DNA from: Selaginella moellendorffii
Lineage: Eukaryota; Plantae; Lycopodiophyta
DNA: 64,000 nucleotides
Direction: 5' to 3'
Assembly: GCF_000143415.4 (NCBI RefSeq)
Contig: NW_003314268.1
Span: 2,186,494 to 2,250,493, forward strand
Of this stretch, positions 1 through 10,911 are shown one piece after another; within the stretch, counting starts at the first letter, position 1, and each line of letters starts with the position of its first letter. The notes beneath the pieces are model-generated. The model was not told where the DNA came from. It saw only the letters and a list, made by a program, of their open reading frames with translations, and searched no databases. Made by a program: the position numbers and the translations under genes.

Positions 1-3000
1 TTGCCAAGTCCTCTCACTCGACAAGTTTATGATCATACATGGACTCCTCCATGCTTGGCTCCATAGGCCACCCCTTTTGAAGTTAGCACCTTCAACTAGG
101 GGATTTATTCCCCTGACTTGCCACTCTCGTTTAGTAAATCTTCCGACCAATGTAACATGGTTTCATGCATAAGCGTGAAAGTCCTTTGACCAATGACTTT
201 TGTTCAAGTCATCCCTTTAAACACTCGGGAACTACTTCTCCAACCTTGATAGCATTGCCTTATGGCAAGCTTCAAGACCACACTTCTGCTATGCCACTCT
301 GATTTCGCACGTTTTATGAACCATTTACACTTGGCTTTCTAGGTACTATGCTACCTAGAATTGTCTTTGGGAACCTTGAAGGAACTCTGTCCCTTAACTT
401 GTTAAGGCCTCTCCTTTCACAAGCTTTCTAATGGTCATACAGTCTAGCATGGATAATTCCATGCTTTAGACTCTTCATGGCAATACAGTTGCTAGTAAGA
501 ACATGCTCAAGCGCCCACTTGATTCTTCACTCCCAACTGACATAATCACCCTTGGTTATGCTCTTCCATTCTTATGGTTTGGTTCTATCCCCTTACTACT
601 TGCTTTTGGCCTCATATATTTCCTTTGGTTATTCACCTTTAAACTAGGAGGATAGCTTTGCACTTTCTACCATGCCTTAGCAAGTATTCTTGGGGATGAA
701 CCTACCTAATAGCCTAGGGAGTGGTTCCTCAATCTGGGTATGCTCACCTTATAATCCCACACACTAGGATTAACGTTGTTACATATGGGCCTTTATATGC
801 CCATCACTAGCCTTGCTAAAATTCCATTTTTGGCTTTGTCCAATTTAGAGTAGACGAACTTCTCCAGTCTTTGCAACTTTTTGTCCATCATTCGCTAGGA
901 ACTTAGTCCCTTGGGCCTTATTTATTGCCTTCACGACATCAAACACCACCTCCTGGTGTTCTAGAGTGTTTGGGTGTCCCAATAATAACCTCCTTGATAA
1001 TGAGTATTCCCTTTTACAACATTAATTTATTATATTGGCACATAAGCAATTTATTGCCCCATAAGGGTATATTTAACTTCCTTATGCCATTAAGAAGCCT
1101 TGGGTAGTTACCTGCTACCAGTTTAACCAATTATTTTGCACCTTTTGCTTAGTTGCTTCATAGTTGTCAAGTCCTACAACTCATTGCTAATGCGTCCACA
1201 CCTCCATCATTATCTGGGTCACCACAGTCCAATTGCATGCCTTCCAACTTAGGCTATGCCATTCCCATTTCTATTAGGATTCCTTTGGGAAGGGGTTTTC
1301 GTGAACCTGCCAACTCACCTTAAAGCATCACACCTTGGCACATTTGGTGTCTCCACAACATCAGCTCCACAAGCCTACCTTTATGACACTTCTTACTTGT
1401 GTTTAGATCCTTGTCAAGACCAATACAGTTCTTTCTCATGCCAACGATCCATTAGCACTGCACCATAGAGTTTACTCACAACTTTGTGTCAAAGTTGTTT
1501 TCTTCTGGGAATACCTTCCCCCAAACTTTAGTATGGCACATTCCACCATTGATGAGATACTCACTATTCTCATACTTAGATCCTATGATCCTCCCCAACT
1601 TTCATGGGGCACAACACCCCTCAGTCCAAATGCTTTTAGCAATCCCTTAGGACCATTCTTTGACTCTACTTGAGTCATCTAGCATTTTTGGACTTTCAAA
1701 TCCAATGACCCATAAGTTCCTATTCGAGGTGTTAGCTCACTAGAATACAACTTCTTGTATTCATGTCCTACTCACAAGGACCATCTTTGCAAGTGTCACT
1801 CCAACACTTAATGTTGTTCCTTAGGGGCAGCCTTTGCCCCCTTTGGACTACTTGTTCATGTGCTGCGAATACCAACTCATCCTGTAAGTACACCCCCAAC
1901 TCTTTGGGTTGTTCCAGCATTTATCAAGAGTAGCCTCGACTACCATTTCAAAGACTTGTGTCCTCTTCTGTATTTGACCTTCCATGGTCATTAATTCTTG
2001 TCTCAAATTCATGAGCACTAACCTCAACCATATGAGGATAATCTTGTGACTCCTTTATTGTTTTGGAGTTTTTATCTTTCCCGTGATCTTAACTATAGTT
2101 GTTTATCACAACTACATTAGCTAGTTTGCTGAGTCAAACGTTCATCTGGATCACATCCTCAACTCTTTGAGGAAAACCTTATACTGTTCCCAAAATCCCG
2201 AAGTCGTTCCATTATTGGCCCTTTTTCATCCACCACCTCACCTACCAGTTCACACATGAACTGTAGTGGAGAGCCATGTCTTCCTGACCTGCTACTCCTC
2301 ACGGATAGGCCCACTCCTAAGACCTTCTGATGCCAACACCAGTGGTGATATACTTGAGCACCAATAAAAGTCAGACTAAGGAATAGCTTTGATACCAAAT
2401 TGTAAGCGACTAAATTTTCCATTCTACTTTAGTCACTTAACCACACGTCCAACCACTTGGAAGAGTCTTATTCACAACCTCCTTAATATAAAGAACCGAC
2501 TCCCCGAGATGCCGTGGGTTAAAGGATCCCCAAAAGCATGACCAAAATGACAAAGAGTTCATCGGATGGGACCAAGTCAAAGATCGAGTCCAAGACCGAC
2601 TTTGAGATAGAGTCTGGGATCGAGTCCGAGGCTGAATAGGAGACCGAGTTCAAGACAGAATCCGAGATCCAAATCGGGTCCGAGATCGAGTCCGAGGTCG
2701 AGTCCGAAGTCGAGTCCGAGATCAGGTCCGAGATCAAGTCTGAGACCGAGTCCGAAGTCGGGTCCGAGATCGAGTCCGAGATCGAATCTGAGACTAAATC
2801 CAAATACTAATACGGGTCAAGGGGTGAAAGCCCAAAGCGTGCATCTCCCAGAGGGGGGGGTGCAGGGGGTTCCAAAAGTATAGTAGGGATAGTGAGGTCC
2901 AGGAACTAGTCTTGAAGGAACTCTCCAGTGGTGCTTCCAAACTGACTTGAGGTTGAGATTGGGGCCGAGGGGCCTTGAGTGGGAATGAGCATGGGCTTGG

Positions 3001-3367
3001 GTGGTGTGGGAGGGGCCACCCAGGGAAGTGCTCAAGAGCAGCTCCCACTCCCGATAGGGAAACCGACTGTGGTGCTCCCGGCTCATGTGGAGTGGTGCCC
3101 CACTTGAGTACCTTGTGGCTCATTAGTCCTCGCCGTTCCTAGGGGCTTGGGCCTTCCCTTCGGGATGGAAGTGGGGGGGTAGAGATACCCATATTGGGCT
3201 GTTAGGCCACGGTGTTTTGCCCCGATGTCCCGAAGTAAGTGTTGCACCCAAGGCTTGGGATTTAGAGGGTCCCATGATCAAATCTTGTTGTACCAAGGGG
3301 TGTTAGGAACCTGGAGGCTTGGTGTGCTTGGCTGCTTGTGCTTGCGGGGAGTGTAGCCGAACCTTAA

Positions 3368-5083
3368 TGTGAGACACAAAATCCCTAGGCCCCAAAGTGG
3401 AGCTAGAAGGGTGCCACGTGGTAGTGGCCAAAGCGAGAGCCAAACGAGCGTAACACGTTTGGACCAAAAGCTCCGACTTGAAAAGTCAAGAGCGGGAGTG
3501 GAACTCCCAACAAAGTGCTCGAGGAATGAGCACGAAGCGAGCAAAAGGCGAGGCTCCAAAAAGGGACCCAAAAGGACCAACACATGACACGTGGGAGTGT
3601 CCGAGATGGACTCGAGTTGGAGTCCGAAGTGGAGTCCGAGATGGACCCAAGTTGGAGTCCGAAATGGAGTCCGAGATGGACCCGAGATGGAGTCCGAGAT
3701 GGAGTCCGAAGTGGAGTCCGAGGTGGACCCGAGATGGACCCGAGTTGGAGTCCGAAGTGGAGTCCGAGATGGAGTCCGAGATGGAGTCCGAGGTGGACCC
3801 GAGATGGACCCAAGTTGGAGTCCGAAGTGGAGTCCGAGATGGACCCGAGATGGAGTCCGAGATGGAGTCCGAGGTGGACCCGAGATGGACCCGAAATAGA
3901 GTCCGAGATGGAGTCCGAGATGGAGTCCGAGATGGAGTCCGAGACCGGGACCGAGACCGGGACCGAGACCGAGACCGGGACCGAGATCGGGACCGAGACC
4001 GAGGCCGAGACTGAGCCCGAGCCCCAGTCCGAGTCCGAATCCGAGTCCGAGTCTGAGTCCGAGTCCGAGTCCGAGTCCGGAGCCTGAGAGGGTGAAAGCC
4101 CAAAGCGTTTGTCTCCCAGACCCTGGGGGGTTTGGTGAGCTCCAAAAGTATAGTAGGGGGAGGACTGCAGTGGAGCCAGTTTGGCCAGGAAAGGCCAGTT
4201 TGGCCCAGGAAGGCCAGACCCAGTGTTGGGTGATGAACTGACCACTGGGAAGTCCAAGACTAGAGTGAATACGGACCGACAAGCGGGGTAGCTTGGTGAA
4301 GTGTTCAAGAGCCGGCTCTAGTTCCCCCGGGAGATCGACTGGCCGATGCTCCCAGTCCAAGTGTGGGTGGCACTACCTACTTGGATACCAGGCGTGGCTC
4401 AACGGAACCTCGCTCTAAGCCCATGGCTAGAGCACCTAAAGACGATAGGTGGGGAGAGTACCCAGGTGGCTCGCATAAAGCCACGGTGTTCCGAAGTGTT
4501 GTCCCAAAGGCCCAGACTGTGGAAAGGAAGAGGAGCAGTCCTCTGGGGTAGTGACCAAGGACACAGTCATGTGGTGAGGAAGTCCCAGAGGACCGTGGGA
4601 CTTAGGGGTCGGGCCTGTGGGCCTCGATCCAGTGGCAGTGTTGGTAAACACGGCCAGGGGCAGAAAGGGACTTGGTAGGAACTGACAAAGGGACTTTGGG
4701 GAAGGCGACTCCTCAGGTCTGTGGGCATCCTAAGGATGCTAAGGAGTGGATCTAGGATGACCACTCATGAACAGATGGCCCAGTCTTGGAGAGACGGGAT
4801 GGTGATGCAAGTGGTATTGGACCACTAGTGCAGCAAAGGTGAATGGGCATGGCCTTAGCGTAACGGGCCGAGATGTCAGTGGTACCTTTGGGTGTCGGTC
4901 TTCGGACCGGACACGTGGAGCACTTGGACCAGGTGCAAGTGTTGAGTGGCATGGATGCCATTCTTGGGGCTAGCAAGTCCCAAGTCATGAATTGGACTAA
5001 TGGAGGTTGTGAATGAGACTCCTCCAAATGGTCGGAGGTGTGGTTAAGTGACTAAAGTAGAATGGAAAATTTAGTCGCTTACA
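3368..5083 (+). repeat. 5' LTR of A2 (1716 bp)
   Basis: TGTGAGAC...GCTTACA; differs from the 3' LTR by about 6 substitutions plus 59 bp of repeat units (by eye). Confidence 0.95.
3596..4080. repeat. U3 minisatellite: 12/11-bp units (ATGGAGTCCGAG / ATGGACCCGAG) followed by 6-bp units (GAGACC/GGGACC/GAGTCC)
   Basis: Directly visible. Homologous arrays at about 9365-9907, 12040-12505 (minus) and 18890-19100 (minus); a related GAGATCGAGTCC array at about 2580-2795. Confidence 0.95.
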
Positions 5084-5086
5084 ATT

Positions 5087-5098
5087 TGGTATCGGAGC
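5087..5098 (+). other. Primer binding site (initiator tRNA-Met type)
   Basis: TGGTATCGGAGC 3 nt after the LTR end; the canonical plant PBS is TGGTATCAGAGC. Confidence 0.9.
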
Positions 5099-8000
5099 TG
5101 TTCCTTAGTCCGACTTTTATTGGTGCTCAAGTATATCACCACTAGTGTTGGCATCGGAAGGTCCGAGGAGTGGGCCTGTCCTTGAGGAGTAGCAAGTCGG
5201 GAAGACATGGCTCTCCATTACAGTTCATGTGTGAACTTGTAGACGAGGTGGTGAATAGAAAAGGGCCAATAATGGAACGACTTTGGGATCTTGGGAACAG
5301 TGCAAGGTTTTCCTCATTGAGTTGAGGATGTGATCCGGATGAGCATTTGTCTCAGCAAATTGGCTAAGGTTGTTGTGGTAAACAACTAAAGTTGGGATCA
5401 CGGGAAAGATAAAGACTCCAAAGCAATAAAGGAGTCACAAGATTTTCCTCATATAGTTGAGGTTGGTGCTCATGAAGGTGAGACTAGAAGTAATGACCGT
5501 GGGAGGTCAAATACGGAAGAGGACTCAAGTCCTTGAAAAGGTAGCCGGGGCTACCTCTAATAAATGCTGGAACAACCCCAGGAGTTGGGGGTGTATTAAG
5601 TGGATGAGTTGGTGTTCTCATCACATGGACAAGTAGTCCTAAGGGGCAAAGGTTGCCCCCAGAGAACAAAATCAAGTGTCGGAGTAACACTTGTGAAAAT
5701 AGTCCTTTTGAGTAGGACAGGAATGCAAGAAGTGTATTCCAGTGAGCTAGTGCCTCACAAGTAGGACCTTATGGGTCTGTGGATTAACCAAGTCCAAAAC
5801 TGCTGGATGACTCAAGTAGAGTCAACGGATGGTCCTAAAAGGACGGATGGAAGCATTTGGACTGAGGTGTGTTGTACCCCACAAAGGATAGGGGGGGATC
5901 ATAGGATCCAAGGATGAGAACAGAGGGTATCTCATCAATGGCAGAATGTGCCATGCTAAAGTTATGGGAAAGGTGTTCCCAGAAGAAAACAACTTTGACA
6001 TAAAGTTGTGTGTGACCTCTATGGTGCAGTGCTAACGGATGGTTGGCATAAGAAAGAGCGGTGTTGGTCTTGGCAAAGACTTAGACACGAAGGGGAAATG
6101 TCATAGAGGTAGGCTCGTGGAGCCGATGGTGTGGAGACACCAAATGTGCCAAGGTGTGATACCTTGAGGCTATGTTGGTGGGTTCATGAGAACCCCTTGC
6201 CAAAGGAATCCCAATGGAAATGGGGATAGCATAGCCTAAGTTGCAGAGCATGCAGTTGGAGTGTGGTGACCCAGATAATGATGGAGGTGTGAAAGCACCA
6301 AGCAATGAGTTGTAGGACTTGACAACTATGAGGCAACTAAGCAAGAGGTGCAAAATAACTGGTTAAACGGGTAGAAGGTAGCTACCCAAGACTTCTTAAT
6401 AGCATAAGGAAGTTGGATATACCCTTACGGGGGATAAGTTGCTTGTGTTGCGATATAGTAAGTCAATGTCATAAAAGGAAATACTCATTGTCAAGAAAGC
6501 CATCATTGGGACACCCGGACACTCTAGAACACCAGAAGGTGGTGTTTGATGTCGCGAGGGCAATGGATAAAGCCCAAGGGACTAAGTCCCTAGCGAATGA
6601 TGGATAGAAGGTGCTATCCAAATGTCCAAAGTTGCGGAGACAGGAGAGGACTGTCTACCCGAGTTGGACAAAGCCAAAAATGGAATTTTGGCAAGGCTAG
6701 TGATGGGCATGTAAAGGCCCACAAGCAACAATGTAATCCCAGTGTGTGGGATTATAAGGTGAGCATACCCGGATTGAGGAACCACTCCCTGGGCTATTGG
6801 GTAGGTTCATCCCTAAGAATACTTGCTAAGGCATGATAGAAATTGCAAAGCTATCCTCCTGGTCTGGAGGAGAATGACCGAAGGAAAGGTGTGAAGCCAA
6901 AGGCAAGTAGTATTGGGATGGAACTGAACCATAGAAATCAAAGGGCATATCCAACAGTGGTTATGGATGTTGGGAGTGGAGAATCAAGAGGGTGCTCGAG
7001 GATGTTGTTGCTAGCAACCGTGATGCCATGGAGAGTCTAAAATATGGAATTGTCCATGTTAGACTATATGGCAACTATAAAGCTTGCGAAAGGGGAGGCC
7101 TTAGCAAGCTGAGGGACAGAGTTCCTTCAAGGTTCCCAAAGACGATTCTAGGTAGCGTAGTACCTAGAAAGGCTAAGTGTAAATGGTTCATGGAACGCGC
7201 GAAATCAGAGTGGCGCAGCAGAAGCGTGGTCTTGAAGCTTGCCATGAGGCAAGGTTATCAAGGTTAGGGAAGTAGTTCCCGAGTGTTCAAAGAGAGGGCT
7301 TTGAACGAAAGTCGATGGTCAAGGACTTTCATGCTTATGCAGGAACCATGTTACAATGGTCGGAGGACTTGCCAAGTGAGATTGGCACGTCGGGGGAACA
7401 AAGACCCTAGTTGAAGGTGATAACTTCAAAAAGGGTGGGCCATGGGGCCGAGCATGGAGGAGTCCATGCATGATCACAGACATGTCAAGTGAGAGGACTT
7501 GGCAGTGTGGAGGAACCAGGTTCCTAAGCTGTGATCTGTAGCGCGCTTTAAAAAATAGGTTGGTGCACCGGCGTGGGGAGTCACGCTAGGCATCTAGTGT
7601 GATGCCGTCCGTAGATGCATATACGGAGGTTGGGTTCGAGTCCCGACCCTCTAGTGCTTGGGTTCGAGTCCCAAATCACTAGGGCGTGGTGATGGTTTGG
7701 AATATGAGGACACTCATATTTCGGTGGTCATGGACTCTCAGTGGGGAGACTGGTTTGGGCACACCGCCAAGCGAGGGATGCCTCGGAGTCGTGATGCACG
7801 GTTAGATTGCTTAGTGTGAAAGCTCAGCATATCTAACTTGAACACTTTGGTGCAAGTGGCACCAAGGTCGTGGTGAGTGAGATGGGGACACCTAATCTCA
7901 GTTACTATGAACCCTTGGCCGTAAGGGCTAGCTTGGGTGCACCGCCAAGTGTGGGGGATGCCCCCGGGGTTATAGTCAACAACTTGGAGGTCTAGAAAAC

Positions 8001-9122
8001 CAAGTACCTCTTGGCAACTCTGTTAAGGTGCCAAGGTGAGATCACTAGGTGATCTTATGGCCAGATAAGGACAAGGTCCTTGGTTGGCTAAGGAATGAAG
8101 TTCCTGGTTCAAAATGTTGAAATTGAACTGTTTAAGGTGGTGTGGCTTGGTCGTGATAACCAAGTGGGAAGAGCACCTAAGGGAAATAAACTATGTCCGT
8201 GTGATGGCATAGTGAGTCCGAGGAAAGTAGTCTCTATAAAAGACCCATGGGAGGGTCACGAAGTTGGGCCGTGGATAGAGCCCATAGCAGAAGATGCTAA
8301 AGAGACGTACTAGAGGTGAACATCCTTCGGACTTGGCAAAGAAAAGTCTTTGCTATGGAACCGAAACAATACCTCAAGGAGGGAGGTAGAGATTCGATGT
8401 TGCTTAGTGCAACAATCAACGGATAGGAGCAGAAGATGAGTGGCCAAGATAGGGCCACGGAATCCCTTGGAAGGAATCCAAGTGACAAAGTTAGGCGAGG
8501 AACACTAATGTGTTGGACGCTAACAAGTTGCGGGGAAGGAAGTGTGTTTCCAAGGAGGGATTCCGAAATGCTCCGAGTTGGCGAAAGTGGAAGCTCCAAG
8601 GGAGGGAGCGGTAAGGTAGCCAAATGATAGGGCCATGAACAGCCCTAGCACAAAGCATGATAACTGGAACTTTGGCACGAAATAGAAGAGAGGATGATGG
8701 TGCCCTCGAGTAGAGAACTTCCTAGGATGGGAAGTGGAGTTGCACAAAAGGTGCAAGGCAAGGTGTCGGAGACACCTAGGAAATTGACTCCAAGAAGTCA
8801 AAAATTCAAAGTTCCAAAGTGCAAAGGTTATATCGATGGAAATTGAGACTACTCGAGAAGGAGTAGTGGGATTGACTTAGAGAAGGGTCTCTAAGAGGTT
8901 TAGCGAGAACTAAACCAATAAAAGGATGAACCATTACATGTGGTCCAATCAGTCTCTAAATTGGAGAGACTACGCTCCTTAAAGGATGGATAAGGCATGG
9001 TGAGCCTTTGATGTCAAACCATAGACAAAGATTGGCTAGGTGCCAAGAATGGAAATGGTAACACGTGTGGGTGTTACTTTATGAAAGGGTTTACCGTTCG
9101 ATGAGGACATCGAACTTCGTCT

Positions 9123-9136
9123 ATGGGTGGTGGAGT
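9123..9136 (+). other. Polypurine tract
   Basis: ATGGGTGGTGGAGT immediately before the 3' LTR. Confidence 0.75.
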
Positions 9137-10911
9137 TGTGAGACACAAAATCCCTAGGCCCCAAAGTGGAGCTAGAAGGGTGCCACGTGGTAGTGGCCAA
9201 AGCGAGAGCCAAACGAGCGTAACACGTTTGGACCAAAAGCTCCGACTTGAAAAGTCAAGAGCGGGAGTGGAACTCCCAACGAAGTGCTCGAGGAATGAGC
9301 ACGAAGCGAGCAAAAGGCGAGGCTCCAAAAAGGGACCCAAAAGGACCAACACATGACACGTGGGAGTGTCCGAGATGGACTCGAGTTGGAGTCCGAAGTG
9401 GAGTCCGAGATGGACCCAAGTTGGAGTCCGAAATGGAGTCCGAGATGGACCCGAGATGGAGTCCGAGATGGAGTCCGAAGTGGAGTCCGAGGTGGACCCG
9501 AGATGGACCCGAGTTGGAGTCCGAAGTGGAGTCCGAGATGGAGTCCGAGATGGAGTCCGAGGTGGACCCGAGATGGACCCAAGTTGGAGTCCGAAGTGGA
9601 GTCCGAGATGGACCCGAGATGGAGTCCGAGATGGAGTCCGAGGTGGACCCGAGATGGACCCGAAATAGAGTCCGAGATGGAGTCCGAGATGGACCCGAGA
9701 TGGAGTCCGAGATGGAGTCCGAGATGGAGTCCGAGATGGAGTCCGAGATGGAGTCCGAGACCGGGACCGAGACCGGGACCGAGACCGAGACCGGGACCGA
9801 GATCGGGACCGAGACCGAGGCCGAGACTGAGCCCGAGCCCGAGTCCGAGTCCGAATCCGAGTCCGAGTCTGAGTCCGAGTCCGAGTCCGAGTCCGAGTCC
9901 GAGTCCGGAGCCTGAGAGGGTGAAAGCCCAAAGCGTTCGTCTCCCAGACCCTGGGGGGTTTGGTGAGCTCCAAAAGTATAGTAGGGGGAGGACTGCAGTG
10001 GAGCCAGTTTGGCCAGGAAAGGCCAGTTTGGCCCAGGAAGGCCAGACCCAGTGTTGGGTGATGAACTGACCACTGGGAAGTCCAAGACTAGAGTGAATAC
10101 GGACCGACAAGCGGGGTAGCTTGGTGAAGTGTTCAAGAGCCGGCTCTAGTTCCCCCGGGAGATCGACTGGCCGATGCTCCCAGTCCAAGTGTGGGTGGCA
10201 CTACCTACTTGGATACCAGGCGTGGCTCAACGGAACCTCGCTCTAAGCCCATGGCTAGAGCACCTAAAGACGATAGGTGGGGAGAGTACCCAGGTGGCTC
10301 GCGTAAAGCCACGGTGTTCCGAAGTGTTGTCCCAAAGGCCCAGACTGTGGAAAGGAAGAGGAGCAGTCCTCTGGGGTAGTGACCAAGGACACAGTCATGT
10401 GGTGAGGAAGTCCCAGAGGACCGTGGGACTTAGGGGTCGGGCCTGTGGGCCTCGATCCAGTGGCAGTGTTGGTAAACACGGCCAGGGGCAGAAAGGGACT
10501 TGGTAGGAACTGACAAAGGGACTTTGGGGAAGGCGACTCCTCAGGTCTGTGGGCATCCTAAGGATGCTAAGGAGTGGATCTAGGATGACCACTCGTGAAC
10601 AGATGGCCCAGTCTTGGAGAGACGGGATGGTGATGCAAGTGGTATTGGACCACTAGTGCAGCAAAGGTGAATGGGCATGGCCTTAGCGTAACGGGCCGAG
10701 ATGTCAGTGGTACCTTTGGGTGTCGGTCTTCGGACCGGACACGTGGAGCACTTGGACCAGGTGCAAGTGTTGAGTGGCATGGATGCCATTCTTGGGGCTA
10801 GCAAGTCCCAAGTCCTGAATTGGACTAATGGAGGTTGTGAATGAGACTCCTCCAAATGGTCGGAGGTGTGGTTAAGTGACTAAAGTAGAATGGAAAATTT
10901 AGTCGCTTACA
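9137..10911 (+). repeat. 3' LTR of A2 (1775 bp)
   Basis: Direct repeat of 3368-5083, preceded by the PPT and followed by the TSD. Confidence 0.95.

Larger units (their letters stand above)
3368..10911 (+). mobile_element. Complete, recently inserted non-autonomous LTR retrotransposon (LARD-like, copy A2) with no gag/pol ORF
   Basis: TG...CA LTRs at 3368-5083 and 9137-10911; 5-bp TSD CTTAA at 3363-3367 and 10912-10916; PBS and PPT present. The 4.05-kb internal region has only short ORFs (longest 108 aa in the track) and no recognisable RT or integrase motif. Confidence 0.93.

Noticed and set aside
3596-3945. Regular repeat array considered as CRISPR-like
   Set aside because: Head-to-tail units with no unique spacers, in a eukaryotic LTR context.
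4084-4106. CTGAGA-GGGTGAAAGCCC-AAA resembles a hammerhead ribozyme core (retrozyme)
   Set aside because: It lacks complete CUGANGA and GAAA boxes and flanking stems I/III, and the CTGA part is absent in families B and C.
3278-4360. Long LG/SD/RT/ES-repeat ORFs in all six frames (also 9074-10188, 11865-12715, 2519-2803, 18791-19054)
   Set aside because: These are by-products of stop-free 6- and 12-bp minisatellite units in the LTRs; frames differ between the two LTR copies.
7628-7682. tRNA gene or tRNA-SINE
   Set aside because: Only T-arms are present, with no A-box, D-arm, anticodon arm or acceptor stem; kept as a structural finding instead.
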